The translations under genes and the position numbers were made by a program. The notes under the pieces are model-generated. The model saw nothing but the letters and a program-made list of their open reading frames with translations. It was not told the origin of the DNA and did no database searches. DNA of 64,000 nt, taken from positions 1,344,001 through 1,408,000 of the forward strand of contig CAXXIA010000002.1 in the NCBI GenBank assembly GCA_963666985.2, in the 5' to 3' direction. This document shows positions 35,790-46,374 of the stretch, in pieces. The DNA is from Spirochaetia bacterium (GTDB lineage: Bacteria > Spirochaetota > Spirochaetia > DSM-2461). Positions within the stretch are counted from its first letter, which is position 1; each line of letters begins with the position of its first letter.

Positions 35790-36091
35790 TTATCCGTTAA
35801 ATCCATTCCAAAAAAATCCATGCTCATTCTTCGTATTTCAAGCAGCCGGTTTTTATTCACCGCGTAATGCTTGAAGTATCCTTCCTTTTGAACCGTAACC
35901 AGCCGACAATTTTTCAGAACCTTCAGATGCTGAGAAACGGCCGACTGGCTGATGCCCAAATTACAGGCCAAACCATTCACGCAAATAGGATGCTTTGAGG
36001 AATTCAGGAGATTCAGAATTCTCAGTCTGTTCGAATCGGAAAGGGCTTGAAACACCTCCGCAAGCCGCTGCGTCCGCTGATCTTCAACCAT
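35786..36091 (-). CDS. ArsR/SmtB family regulator
   Basis: 'FQALSDSNRLRIL', 'ICV..LA...ISQSAVSQHLKVL'. Confidence 0.93.
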   Translation of the reverse strand: MVEDQRTQRLAEVFQALSDSNRLRILNLLNSSKHPICVNGLACNLGISQSAVSQHLKVLKNCRLVTVQKEGYFKHYAVNKNRLLEIRRMSMDFFGMDLTDK

Positions 36092-36093
36092 AT

Positions 36094-36113
36094 AAGTATA
36101 TTAGAATATACTT
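36094..36113. promoter_or_regulatory. ArsR-type operator
   Basis: Perfect aagtatatt-ag-aatatactt inverted repeat 2 nt upstream of the arsR ATG. Confidence 0.75.
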
Positions 36114-36309
36114 CATTACCAATGAAAGCAAGACCTTCGACCTTAAAGACTCCGCCGATCGGAGGAATCAAACCGGAGGAAAATGCGCGGCACTCAACGG
36201 CTCGCCGAAAGCATATATAAAATTTTCTCGTTCATTTGCCCGAGTAAGACTTGCCCTCACACCCAACTCATGCGAAATTGATTGTTAACAATTGAAAAGG
36301 GGAATTCAT

Positions 36310-37909
36310 ATGAAAAGATCACTTCTTCTCGTGCTCGTCATCACTACCCTTGCCGCATCGGCCTTCGCGAGCGGCGGCAAAGACGGCGGCGGAACAGCGG
36401 CCGCCGGCGGAAAATCGGGCGGAGTTCTCGTCTTCGGGCGTTCCGGTGATTCGGTCGGTCTGGATCCGGCCAGAGAAACCGACGGTGAATCGTTCTACGC
36501 CACCCACCAGGTCTTCGACACTCTGGTGGAATTCAAAACAGGAACCACCGAAGTCGTTCCCGCCCTGGCCACAAGCTGGGATGTTTCCGACGACAACCTT
36601 ACCTACACCTTCCACTTAAGGAAAGGCGTCAAATTCCACGACGGTACGCCGATGAATGCCGATGCCGTCGTGTTTTCCCTGGACCGCCAGCTTTCCGAAG
36701 ACCATCCCTACCATGACTACGGTCCCTGGAAGTACTGGACCAACTATATGGGAATGAGCGACATCGTCGAATCCATCACGGCAAAGGACGAACTCACGGT
36801 CGTATTCAAACTCCAGAAACCCGAAGCCCCGTTCATCGCCAACCTGGCCATGGATTTCGCCGGTATCGTTTCCCCCACCGCCTACAAAGCCAACCCCGAG
36901 GGATTCGCTTCCAATCCGGTGGGCACCGGTCCTTTCAAATTCGTTTCCTGGACCAAAGACTCCGACATCGTCCTTGACCGGAATGAGGATTACTGGGAGC
37001 CGGTCTATCTCGATCGCCTCATCCTTAAAGTCATCCCCGACGCAACCGCCCGCTGGCTGGCCCTGCAGAAGGGCGAAGTGGACATCATCGACTTCCCGGC
37101 CAGCCGACGATCTGCCGGCCATGAAAGCCGATCCCGACATTCAGCTCATCCAGCAAGCCGGCCTCAATGTCGGTTATCTGGCTCTGAACTGCGAAAAGGA
37201 ACCGTATGACGACGTCCGCGTCCGCCGGGCCATGAACTACGCCATCGACAGAAACGAAATCATCACGGCGGTCTACGGCTCGGCCGGACAGGTCGCCAAG
37301 AATCCCATTCCGCCGATCATGTGGTCCTATAACGACGACATCAAGCCCTATCCTTATGATCCCAAAAAGGCCAAGGCTCTTCTGGCCGAAGCCGGGTATC
37401 CGAACGGCTTCAAGACCGAGCTCTGGGCCATGCCCGTGGCGCGTCCCTACAATCCCGACGCCCGTAAAATCGCCGAAATTATGGACGCTCAGCTGGCCAA
37501 GGTCGGAATCGAGACGGAAATCATTTCCTATGAATGGGGCACATATCTGGACAAAACCGACATGGGCGAACACCAGGCGGCCATGCTGGGCTGGACCGGC
37601 GACAACGGCGATCCGGACAACTTCCTGTGGGTTCTCCTTTCGGCTCCCGCGGCCGTTCCGCCCGCCGGCAACATCGCCTTCTGGAAGAACGATGAATTCA
37701 CCGCGCTCATCAAGGAAGCCAAGGAAACCGCCGATACGGCCCGCCGTACCGAACTCTACCGCGAGGCCCAAGTGGTTTTCCACGAAGAGGCTCCGTGGGT
37801 TACCATCGCCCATTCGGTCGTAACGCTTTCGGCCGGCAACGCCGTAAAGAACTTCAAGATTTCTCCCACCGGCACCCGGGTGTTCAAGAGCGTCTGGCTC
37901 GAACAATAG
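36310..37909 (+). pseudogene. dppA: Dipeptide ABC substrate-binding protein split by a +1 frameshift near 37102 (real or sequencing error)
   Basis: 5' part has 'YTFHLRKGVKFH', 'PVGTGPF'; 3' part in another frame has 'WAMPVARPYNP', 'GWTGDNGDPDNF'. Deleting one base at ccggcc-a-gccgacgat joins them. Confidence 0.85.
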
Positions 37910-37939
37910 GCCTCCTCAGGTCTATCAGCGTCTAAATGC

Positions 37940-37972
37940 AAACGGCCCGTCATTCCGGCGGGCCGTTTTTTT
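37940..37972 (+). terminator. Intrinsic terminator after dppA
   Basis: aaacggcccgtc-attcc-ggcgggccgttt followed by a T-run. Confidence 0.85.
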
Positions 37973-38105
37973 GATTCATCCGAATGCCGCCGGTCGCCGC
38001 CGAAACAAACCGGTCGTTCAACCGTTTTCTCAGCCGGCGAAACCGGCCCGAATCGGCGCCGCGTTTCTTTTCCCCGGTGCCGGTCAAACAGTCTATAATG
38101 AACCT

Positions 38106-39122
38106 ATGCTGAAATTCATACTGAAAAGGCTGCTGCTCCTGATTCCGACGCTGCTGGGAGTGGTTACGCTGGTTTTCTTCATGATCGCGCTCGCGCCCGG
38201 CGATCCGGCCCGCATCATGCTCGGCGAACGCGCCAATGCCGAACAGCTGGCCCAGCTCCGCGCCGAACTGGGCTTGGATCAGCCCTTAAGCAAACAGTAT
38301 CTTCTCTACCTCGAACGCGTTCTTCACGGCGATTTGGGTAAATCCATCGTTTCCCAGCAAAAGATAACGGACGAACTCAAAGACCGCCTGCCGGCCACCA
38401 TAGAGCTGGCCATCACCGCGACAATCTTCGCTTCCGTCCTGGGCATCATCCTGGGAGTGGCCGCCGCCCGGAAACGCAATTCCTGGGTTGATTACACCAC
38501 CATGACCGGCGCCCTGGTGGGCGTGTCCATGCCCGTGTTCTGGCTGGCCCTGGTTCTCATCATGATCTTTTCCGTGGCCCTCGATCTGCTTCCCACAGGT
38601 GGACGGATTGATGTGCGGATGTACTTCAAACCCATTACGAATTTCTATTTAATCGACGGACTCATTCTCGGATTCCGGGGTGACGGCTTCAAAGTGTTCT
38701 GGACGGCCTTGAAGCATCTGATTCTTCCCACAATCGCCCTGGGCACCATTCCGCTGGCCATCATCGCCCGCACCACGCGCAGCAGCATGCTGGAAGTTCT
38801 CAAACAGGATTACGTTAAAACAGCCCGGGCCGCGGGAATCATGGAACAGAAAGTCGTGTACCGATACGCGCTGCGGAACGCCCTTCTTCCTGTTATCACC
38901 GTTATCGGCATTCAGTTCGGGCTGCTGCTCTCGGGGGCCATTCTCACCGAGACCATCTTTTCCTGGCCGGGCATTGGGAAATGGATTTACCATTCCATCA
39001 GCGCGCGGGACTTTCCCGCCGTACAAGGGGGCATCCTCTTCATCAGTTTTTTCTTCGTGATGATCAACCTGATAGTGGATCTGCTGTACTCGGTTATCAA
39101 TCCCCGGATCCGGCTGAAGTGA
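38106..39122 (+). CDS. dppB: Dipeptide ABC permease
   Basis: 'PGDPA', 'GLDQPL..QY', 'PATIELA', 'SMPVFW', 'DYVKTARA.G', 'ETIFSWPGIG'. Confidence 0.93.
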   Translation: MLKFILKRLLLLIPTLLGVVTLVFFMIALAPGDPARIMLGERANAEQLAQLRAELGLDQPLSKQYLLYLERVLHGDLGKSIVSQQKITDELKDRLPATIELAITATIFASVLGIILGVAAARKRNSWVDYTTMTGALVGVSMPVFWLALVLIMIFSVALDLLPTGGRIDVRMYFKPITNFYLIDGLILGFRGDGFKVFWTALKHLILPTIALGTIPLAIIARTTRSSMLEVLKQDYVKTARAAGIMEQKVVYRYALRNALLPVITVIGIQFGLLLSGAILTETIFSWPGIGKWIYHSISARDFPAVQGGILFISFFFVMINLIVDLLYSVINPRIRLK

Positions 39123-39129
39123 GGCGTCT

Positions 39130-40026
39130 ATGAGCGACAATACGAACCCGGCCATCATCGAATCGGACGCCGTTCCACCCGAACCCGGCTTTTGGAAAGA
39201 ATCCTGGTACCAGCTCACCCGGAACCGGGCCGCCATGGCCGGACTGGTCATCATCGCGATCTTCGCGCTCATGGCGATTTTGGCGCCCATCCTTGCTCCG
39301 GCCGATCCTCTGGAACAGACCATCTCCGCCCGCATGACCGCGCCGTTCACCGGCGGCTACATCCTGGGCACCGACGATTTGGGCCGCGACATGCTCTCGC
39401 GCATCATCTACGGCGGCCGAATCTCGCTGATTATCGGCGTGGTATCGGTGGGCATCAGCTTGGCGCTGGGACTCGTCCTGGGCCTGATCGCGGGCTATCT
39501 CGGCGGCTGGGTCGATAAACTGATCATGCGGATCATCGACATCATGCTGGCCTTCCCCTACATTCTGCTCACCATCGTTATCGTGGCCATCCTTGGACCG
39601 TCGCTGCTGAACGCCATGGTGGCCATCGGCATCAGCCAGATGCCCCGCTACGCCCGAGTTATCCGGGCCTCGGTACTGGCCGAGCGGGAACAGGATTACG
39701 TTTTGGCCGAACGCTCATTGGGCACGGGGAACCTGGAACTGATGTTCCGAACCATCCTGCCCAACGCTTTGGCGCCCACCATCGTCCAGGCCACCCTGGG
39801 CGTCGGCGAGGCCATCCTGAGCTCCGCCGGCTTAAGCTTTCTCGGACTCGGAGCCCAGCCGCCGACGCCCGAATGGGGTTTGATGATCGCGTCGAGCAAA
39901 CAGTTCATCACCAGCGCCTGGTGGATCGTTACCCTTCCCGGCATCGCCATACTCCTGGCCGTCCTGGGCTTCAACCTTCTGGGCGACGGACTGCGCGACA
40001 TCCTGGACCCGAGGCTGAGGGACTAA
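39130..40026 (+). CDS. dppC: Dipeptide ABC permease
   Basis: 'LGTDDLGRD', 'LSFLGLGAQPPTPEWG', 'FNLLGDGLRD.LDP'. Confidence 0.93.
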   Translation: MSDNTNPAIIESDAVPPEPGFWKESWYQLTRNRAAMAGLVIIAIFALMAILAPILAPADPLEQTISARMTAPFTGGYILGTDDLGRDMLSRIIYGGRISLIIGVVSVGISLALGLVLGLIAGYLGGWVDKLIMRIIDIMLAFPYILLTIVIVAILGPSLLNAMVAIGISQMPRYARVIRASVLAEREQDYVLAERSLGTGNLELMFRTILPNALAPTIVQATLGVGEAILSSAGLSFLGLGAQPPTPEWGLMIASSKQFITSAWWIVTLPGIAILLAVLGFNLLGDGLRDILDPRLRD

Positions 40027-40029
40027 AGC

Positions 40030-41070
40030 ATGAATGAAACCTCATCGAAAGAATTAAGCAAGAGAGAAACTGCGGCCGGAGAATTACTGGACATAGAAAA
40101 TCTCAGCATCAGCTTCAACACCCGCCGCGGCGTGGTCCGGGCGGTCCGAAACCTGAACCTCGCCATCAGGGAAGGCGAAACCCTGGCCCTGGTGGGAGAA
40201 TCCGGCTGCGGCAAATCGGTTACCGCGCATGCCGTTACCCGGCTGCTTCCCATGCCTCCGGGCGTTATCGAGAACGGCATCATTCGATTCCGCGGCACGA
40301 ATCTCCTGGAACTGCCGGAGAAAGAAATGCGCGCCCTAAGAGGGTCGAAAATCAGCATGATTTTTCAGGAACCGATGACCAGTCTGAATCCCGTGTTCAC
40401 CATCGGCACCCAAATCGCCGAGGTGTTCATCACGCACGAACATATCGGAAAAAAGGAAGCCTTTGAAAAAGCCGTCGATCTTTTGGATTTGGTTAAGATT
40501 CCCGACCCCTCGAAGCGGGCCCGTTCCTACCCGCATCAGCTCTCGGGAGGCATGCGCCAGCGAGCCATGATCGCCATGGCTCTCGCCTCGCCGGAACCCG
40601 GCCTGATGATCGCCGACGAACCCACCACGGCTCTGGACGTAACCATCCAGGCCCAAATTCTTCAGCTTTTGGGAGAATTAAAGCAGCGCGTCGGTATGGC
40701 CATCCTTTTGATTACCCACGATATGGGCGTGGTGGCCGAAACCGCCGACCGCGTGGCGGTGATGTACGCCGGACGAAAAGTCGAAGAGGCTCCGGTGGAA
40801 AGTCTCTTCGCCGATCCCCGCCACCCCTACACCGCGGGTCTGATGGGATGCCAGCCTTCCGCTCCGGCCAACCGCGGCGCCGAACGGCTCACCTCCATCG
40901 CCGGTTCCGTCCCGGATCTGCTCACCCTCAAAGAAGGCTGTCCCTTCGCCAACCGCTGCGGCAATGTTCTTCCCGAATGCCGCGAAACCTTCCCCGGTGA
41001 ATTCTTCGCCGGTCCCAACCACAGTTATTCATGCCGTAATCCGATGAAAGCCGGGGAGGCCGCCGAATGA
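40030..41070 (+). CDS. dppD: Peptide ABC ATP-binding protein
   Basis: 'GESGCGKS', 'QEPMTSLNP', 'LSGGMRQR', 'DEPTTALD', 'HPYT', C-terminal Cys motif. Confidence 0.93.
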   Translation: MNETSSKELSKRETAAGELLDIENLSISFNTRRGVVRAVRNLNLAIREGETLALVGESGCGKSVTAHAVTRLLPMPPGVIENGIIRFRGTNLLELPEKEMRALRGSKISMIFQEPMTSLNPVFTIGTQIAEVFITHEHIGKKEAFEKAVDLLDLVKIPDPSKRARSYPHQLSGGMRQRAMIAMALASPEPGLMIADEPTTALDVTIQAQILQLLGELKQRVGMAILLITHDMGVVAETADRVAVMYAGRKVEEAPVESLFADPRHPYTAGLMGCQPSAPANRGAERLTSIAGSVPDLLTLKEGCPFANRCGNVLPECRETFPGEFFAGPNHSYSCRNPMKAGEAAE

Positions 41071-42083
41071 GTACCGCCGTGAAAATGAATCCGACCGCTT
41101 CCGAAACCGATGCGCCCGCCCCCCTCCTTTCGGCCCGCGACATTCGGAAAAACTTCATCATCAAAGACGACAGAAGTCCGGCACAGACCTTAAAAGCCGT
41201 GGACGGCGTTTCCCTGAACATTAATTCGGGAGAAGTGGTCGGCGTGGTCGGCGAATCCGGCTGCGGAAAATCCACCCTGGGCAAAACCCTGCTTCGGCTC
41301 CATGAACCCGACGGCGGCAGCCTTCTCTGGAAAGGGAAGGACATGACCGGCATCGAAGGCGCCGAACTGAAAAAGATGCGCCGCAGCATGCAGATAATCT
41401 TCCAAGATCCCTTCTCTTCTCTGAATCCCAGAAAGAAAATCCGGGACATCATCAGTCAGCCCCTGCGCGTTCACGGTATCGGCGACAAAGCGGAAATTGC
41501 CGAACGCACCGAAGCGGTCATGGCCGAAGTAGGCATCAATCCCGAATACTCAAGACGCTACCCGCATCAGTTTTCAGGCGGTCAGAGGCAGCGTATCGGA
41601 ATCGCCCGGGCTCTGGTGCTGAATCCCGAATTCGTCGTCTGCGACGAAGCGGTCAGCGCCCTGGACGTATCCATTCAGGCTCAAATTTTGAATCTGCTTC
41701 TGGATTTGAAAGAAAAATACGGATTTGCCAATCTCTTCATTTCGCATGATTTGTCGGTTGTCGAATTCCTCTCCGAACGCATCATGGTGATGTACCTCGG
41801 CCGTATCGTGGAAAAGGCCCCCAAGGTTGAATTGATGGCGAAACCTCTCCATCCCTATACGAAGGCGCTCCTTGACGCCTTCCCGACGGCCGATCCTTCC
41901 GTTCGCTCGTCGAAGAAGCAAATCGTGGTGGGCGATGTTCCCTCGCCGCTGAATCCGCCGAGCGGGTGCCATTTCCATCCGCGCTGCCCTCTTGCGGCCG
42001 ACCGGTGCCGCGAGGCCTATCCGCCGCTTCGGGAAACGGCCCCCGGCCGGGAAGTTGCCTGCTGGGCTGTGAACGGAAGTTAA
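41067..42083 (+). CDS. dppF: Peptide ABC ATP-binding protein
   Basis: 'KAVDGVS', 'GESGCGKST', 'FSGGQRQR', 'PSPLNPPSGCHFHPRCP'. Confidence 0.93.
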   Translation: MSTAVKMNPTASETDAPAPLLSARDIRKNFIIKDDRSPAQTLKAVDGVSLNINSGEVVGVVGESGCGKSTLGKTLLRLHEPDGGSLLWKGKDMTGIEGAELKKMRRSMQIIFQDPFSSLNPRKKIRDIISQPLRVHGIGDKAEIAERTEAVMAEVGINPEYSRRYPHQFSGGQRQRIGIARALVLNPEFVVCDEAVSALDVSIQAQILNLLLDLKEKYGFANLFISHDLSVVEFLSERIMVMYLGRIVEKAPKVELMAKPLHPYTKALLDAFPTADPSVRSSKKQIVVGDVPSPLNPPSGCHFHPRCPLAADRCREAYPPLRETAPGREVACWAVNGS

Positions 42084-42313
42084 CCCGCGAAAGCGATTGC
42101 AGGGACGCCGAAGGCGGTCGGGCTGTAATTTTTACAGCCTGACGGAACTCCCGAAAAGCGCGGTTTTCGCCCGGTCGCCACGAGCGGCGGGGCGAAAATT
42201 CGCCAAAAAAAACGATACGATTCAATGCAAAGCATTAACCTTGCTATTCTTCGGACAGAAGGCGTCGTCGCCTCAGCCATGCCAAAGCTTTGCTTTGTCG
42301 TGGCCTTCGGCTC

Positions 42314-43273
42314 CTAGCCCTTAACCCCGCCTTCGGACATGCCGCCGGTCAGATTTTTCTGAATCGCCATGAACAAGGCCATTACCGGCAGCGCGGTAAG
42401 CATGGATGCCGCCATAATTCTGTCCCAGATCGCGTTTTTTGAAACAAAAAGACTCCGCAGTCCGATGGGAAGGGTATACAGCTCCTTATATCCTTTCAGA
42501 AATACCGAGGCGAATAGATATTCGTTCCAGGCAATCATAAATGCATAGATGAACACGGTGGCGATGGCCGAACCGGCCAAGGGAATTACAATACGCCAGA
42601 TAATTCCGAAACGGGAAACACCTTCAATCAAAGCGGCCTCTTCGATGGAATAAGGAATGGTACGGAAAAAATTCCCCAGCATGTACAGAGAAACGGGCAA
42701 AGTCTGCACCAGATAAATAATCAGTAAGACCGTATAAGTTCCCGCGGGAGTGGCCAAGAAGCCCAGAGCCACGGCGATTCGATACAAAGGAATCAACAGC
42801 AGAATCCCGCCGATCATATAGACGAAAAGAACGCCCCGCTGAATCACCGCCCTTCCTTTATACCGAAGACGGCAGAATGAATACGCACCGAAAATAGCGA
42901 GAAAAACAGACAATGCCGCCGCACTCACCGCCAGGGCGAGAGAGTTGCGGAAATACTTTAAAAAGGGAAACACATCACTGGAATCCTTATACTTGGCCAA
43001 AATATCATTTTTCTGCTGACGGGTGAGTTCCGATTCTTCAAGAAGAATTTTCACCGATTCGGGAACATGCTTTTCTTCCTGCCCGATATTAAGCAGTTCG
43101 GCATAGGCTCCCCAGTTCAGCTGCGTAGGAATCAGCGAAGGATTCCCCCAATCCCACTGATACTTCAACGACATGGAAAGCATCTGCAGAAAGGGGAAAA
43201 TCGCAAAAAGGACAATTAACAGAACCAGAAGAGCAAAGCCGATTTCCCGCGGAATGCTTTTCGCTTTTACCAT
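42314..43273 (-). CDS. Carbohydrate ABC permease (YcjP/MalG-like)
   Basis: 'IPYSIEEAALIEG', 'AWNEYLFAS', 'MAAS.LTALP'. Confidence 0.92.
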   Translation of the reverse strand: MVKAKSIPREIGFALLVLLIVLFAIFPFLQMLSMSLKYQWDWGNPSLIPTQLNWGAYAELLNIGQEEKHVPESVKILLEESELTRQQKNDILAKYKDSSDVFPFLKYFRNSLALAVSAAALSVFLAIFGAYSFCRLRYKGRAVIQRGVLFVYMIGGILLLIPLYRIAVALGFLATPAGTYTVLLIIYLVQTLPVSLYMLGNFFRTIPYSIEEAALIEGVSRFGIIWRIVIPLAGSAIATVFIYAFMIAWNEYLFASVFLKGYKELYTLPIGLRSLFVSKNAIWDRIMAASMLTALPVMALFMAIQKNLTGGMSEGGVKG

Positions 43274-44139
43274 TTGAGCACCTTCTTCACGTAATAAAGA
43301 ATAAAACCGACAAGCAGGGCAAATTGAAGAATCACCAGCGCCGAACCCTGTCCAAGTTCGGCAACTCCGACAAACGCTTTGAAATACGTATAAACCGAAA
43401 GAACCTTTACGTTATCGGTCAAAAGATAAATATCTTCAAACTTGTTGAAATTCCAAATCACCCGAAGCAGCACGATGGAACCCATCACAAAATACAATTC
43501 CGGCATTGTAATATACCGGAACTTCTGCCATCCTCCGGCGCCGTCCACGTCGGCCGCTTCGTAGAGATTCCTGTCTATGGCCTGAAGCCTGGAAAGAAGC
43601 ATCAAATACGTAAAGGGAAAATTCTTCCAGATACTGAAAATAATAGCCACCCATAGAGCCGACTCGGGATTGCCGATCAGATTAAAACGCTGATCGAAAA
43701 GCCCCAGCCGTTCAACCGTGATATCAATAAAAAGGCCGTTCACCGGATCAAAGAAAAATTTCCAGGCGTATACAACGGAAAAAACAGGCGCAACATACGG
43801 CAGCAGAATCAAACTGCGCACAAACCCTCTCAGCGGGAACTTTCTGTTCATCACCAGAGCCACACCCAGGCCCACGAGAGTCGTCCCGATCGTGGTTCCC
43901 GTTACGTATACAAAAGTTACCAGAACCGCTCTCCAAAACGAGCCGTCGGTAACGATGTTCCGGTAATTTTCCAGTCCGATGAAGGTATCCGGCTCCATCA
44001 GAGACACTTTGAAAAAACTGGAGAAAATATTGGTAAGAATTGGATAAAGAATGAGGCTGAGGATAATAATCACCGAAGGCGCGATTAATCCCCATCCCAA
44101 TACCGATTCACGCTGCTGAAGATTCAGTTTTGTACTCAT
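43267..44139 (-). CDS. Carbohydrate ABC permease (YcjO/MalF-like)
   Basis: 'FIGLENY', 'LYEAADVDGA', 'IWNFNKF.DIYLLT'. Confidence 0.92.
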   Translation of the reverse strand: MSTKLNLQQRESVLGWGLIAPSVIIILSLILYPILTNIFSSFFKVSLMEPDTFIGLENYRNIVTDGSFWRAVLVTFVYVTGTTIGTTLVGLGVALVMNRKFPLRGFVRSLILLPYVAPVFSVVYAWKFFFDPVNGLFIDITVERLGLFDQRFNLIGNPESALWVAIIFSIWKNFPFTYLMLLSRLQAIDRNLYEAADVDGAGGWQKFRYITMPELYFVMGSIVLLRVIWNFNKFEDIYLLTDNVKVLSVYTYFKAFVGVAELGQGSALVILQFALLVGFILYYVKKVLKW

Positions 44140-44168
44140 GACTCCGCCTGCCGCTTTAAAAATGAGAA

Positions 44169-44205
44169 AATCCCGGAAGCCGGCTTAAATCCGACTCCCG
44201 GGATT
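44169..44205 (-). terminator. Stem-loop after the SBP gene
   Basis: aatcccggaagccgg...ccgactcccgggatt inverted repeat; short U-tract on the minus strand. Confidence 0.65.
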
Positions 44206-44212
44206 GGGTTCT

Positions 44213-45583
44213 TTACATAATCTTCTTCATTTCCGCTTCAGCCCAGGACATGGCTTCATCAACACTCATACCTTCCTGAGTCACCTTGTAAATCATCTGA
44301 GGAATAATCTGCTTTGAGTAAATCACACTCGCCGCATCAATCCGCTTACCATCGACGATTCCGAAGGTTTCGATGCTGTCCAGTCCGTTGATAATCTCGG
44401 CCATCTTTTCCGGACCGTAATTTTCAAAGATCTTTTTGGGATCCTGCTGGAAGCGCGGATTCGTGGCAATCTCTTTCAGCACGGGATTCATGCCGCCGGG
44501 AGCCATGTGCAAAAACGTGATGTAGGCATTCGGAGAATATAAATAGCGGACAAATTTCCGAGCTGCGGCCGTTTTTGCCGAATCTCCGGTATCGGGGAAG
44601 GCCAGAGAGACGATTGTTCCGTAACCGGCCGGTCGCTTATTCGAAATAATGGGAACCATTCGGGTATTTTTCACCAAGTCCGGATCGAAGCTGGAACCGG
44701 CCAATTCGGCGAAGTTCTCGGCCGTCAGAGAACCGGCGGCAACTTCGGCCAACGCCAAATCGTCCATGATATAAGTGGAATAGAAGAACATGGCCATCTT
44801 GCCTTGAAGATAGTAATCACGAGCACGCCAGGTTTGCGGCCCGGGGGGATTGTATTTCGCCAGTTCGGCGTAGTATTCCACCGTTTCTTTCATTGCCGGA
44901 GAATTGAAAATCAAATTCCCGTTTTTATCGAAAAGACCGGCATTGTTGGACATGGCGAATTGTGTAAAGCATTGTTCCGAATAAGCTTCGGCCATTGTGC
45001 CGACAAGGATGCCGTATTGATTCTTCGCCGGATCATAGAAATACTTGGCGGCCTTGAGGATGTCTTCCCATGTTTCGGGAGGATTCAGCCCGGCCTTTTC
45101 AAACCAATCGTTCCGATACCATATTCCTTGAACCCACCCATGAAAAGGCAGCGAATAGAATCCGTCGCCGGCCCCGGTCTGATTAAGTTTCAATACACCG
45201 GAATAAAACTTATCCCGACCGATTTCATCAATCATTTCGGTTGCCGCGCTCCGATCCAAAAGACCGGCCGAACCGAAGGCCACGGTGTTGGGAGTGGCCG
45301 CTTCAATTAAAGCCGGAAGCGTTCCGGCGGCCGCCGCCGCGTTGATTTGAGTGGCCATGTCGTTTTCATCAACGGGAATAACGTTTACGGTTATATCCGG
45401 ATTCATTATCTGGAATGTATCGACAAGAACTTGAATCGTAGCCTGACGATCCGACTGAGTTTCCGTAGTCCAGAATTCAATCGTAACGGGCCCGGACGAC
45501 TTTTCCGGTTCGTCGCCGCCATTAGCAAACAGCGGAATACCAACCAGGGCGGCAGTCAAGACGATAAAGAAAACACGTTTCAT
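44213..45583 (-). CDS. Carbohydrate ABC substrate-binding protein (YcjN-like)
   Basis: Signal peptide, 'WVQGIWYR.DWF', 'PETWEDIL.AAK', 'MFFYSTYIM'; aaggag RBS. Confidence 0.9.
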   Translation of the reverse strand: MKRVFFIVLTAALVGIPLFANGGDEPEKSSGPVTIEFWTTETQSDRQATIQVLVDTFQIMNPDITVNVIPVDENDMATQINAAAAAGTLPALIEAATPNTVAFGSAGLLDRSAATEMIDEIGRDKFYSGVLKLNQTGAGDGFYSLPFHGWVQGIWYRNDWFEKAGLNPPETWEDILKAAKYFYDPAKNQYGILVGTMAEAYSEQCFTQFAMSNNAGLFDKNGNLIFNSPAMKETVEYYAELAKYNPPGPQTWRARDYYLQGKMAMFFYSTYIMDDLALAEVAAGSLTAENFAELAGSSFDPDLVKNTRMVPIISNKRPAGYGTIVSLAFPDTGDSAKTAAARKFVRYLYSPNAYITFLHMAPGGMNPVLKEIATNPRFQQDPKKIFENYGPEKMAEIINGLDSIETFGIVDGKRIDAASVIYSKQIIPQMIYKVTQEGMSVDEAMSWAEAEMKKIM

Positions 45584-45655
45584 GATTTTCTCCTTTAGCG
45601 CGTGATTGTTTTTCAATTATTTTCATGCCGATTTTTTTTCGGCACAACTTCAACC

Positions 45656-45675
45656 TGGTACCGGTTTGGTACCGG
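45656..45675. promoter_or_regulatory. Candidate response-regulator site
   Basis: tggtaccgg repeated at 11-bp spacing (45656, 45667), also readable as the palindrome ggtacc-n5-ggtacc. Confidence 0.5.
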
Positions 45676-45700
45676 CCGAGGAATCATCCGGCTTGCTTTA

Positions 45701-46369
45701 TTAATGATTCAGAAGGTGCTGACAGAAATCCTTGAGTCTGGAATCTCGAGCCGCCTTCATAACACCGATCCGCTCGTGGATTTCCAACTTATGATAGATA
45801 TGGCTGATATGATTTTTCACCGTTTGTTCCGATAAATATAATTTCTCCGCGATGGAAGAATTTTCATATCCTCGGGACATCAGGAATAAAACTTCCCGTT
45901 CCCGGCTGCTGAGTTTCTCAATGGGGAAACTCCTCTCTTCTGCGGAAAAAGAAGCTTTCTCCACAAGATGAGAAACAACATCGGGAGAAAGCTGTACGGT
46001 ACCGGCGAGCACATTCCGAATAGACATGATGAGAACCGCGGATGGAATATTTTTCAGAAGATATCCCGCCGCTCCATGAGCCAGAGCATCATGAACATAT
46101 TCATCGTCGTCAAAGGTGGTAAGAACCAAAATTGCCATATCGGGTGCCGATTCATGAATAAGACGCGTGGCTTCCACACCGTCCATAACCGGCATACGGA
46201 TGTCCATTAAAACCAAATCGGGCCGATGTTCCAAAGCCAAACGCACCGCTTCTTCACCGTTTTCCGCTATGGCGACAACTTCCAGGTCGGGATTCTGCTG
46301 CTCAAGGACGGTTTTCAGATTCTCAACAAAAAGCCTCTGATCGTCGGCCAGCAGAATACGTATGGACAT
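45701..46369 (-). CDS. NarL/LuxR family response regulator
   Basis: 'LLADDQ', 'LMDIRMPVMDG', 'LTTFDDD', 'LSSREREV...TVKNH'. Confidence 0.95.
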   Translation of the reverse strand: MSIRILLADDQRLFVENLKTVLEQQNPDLEVVAIAENGEEAVRLALEHRPDLVLMDIRMPVMDGVEATRLIHESAPDMAILVLTTFDDDEYVHDALAHGAAGYLLKNIPSAVLIMSIRNVLAGTVQLSPDVVSHLVEKASFSAEERSFPIEKLSSREREVLFLMSRGYENSSIAEKLYLSEQTVKNHISHIYHKLEIHERIGVMKAARDSRLKDFCQHLLNH

Positions 46370-46374
46370 TTTCT

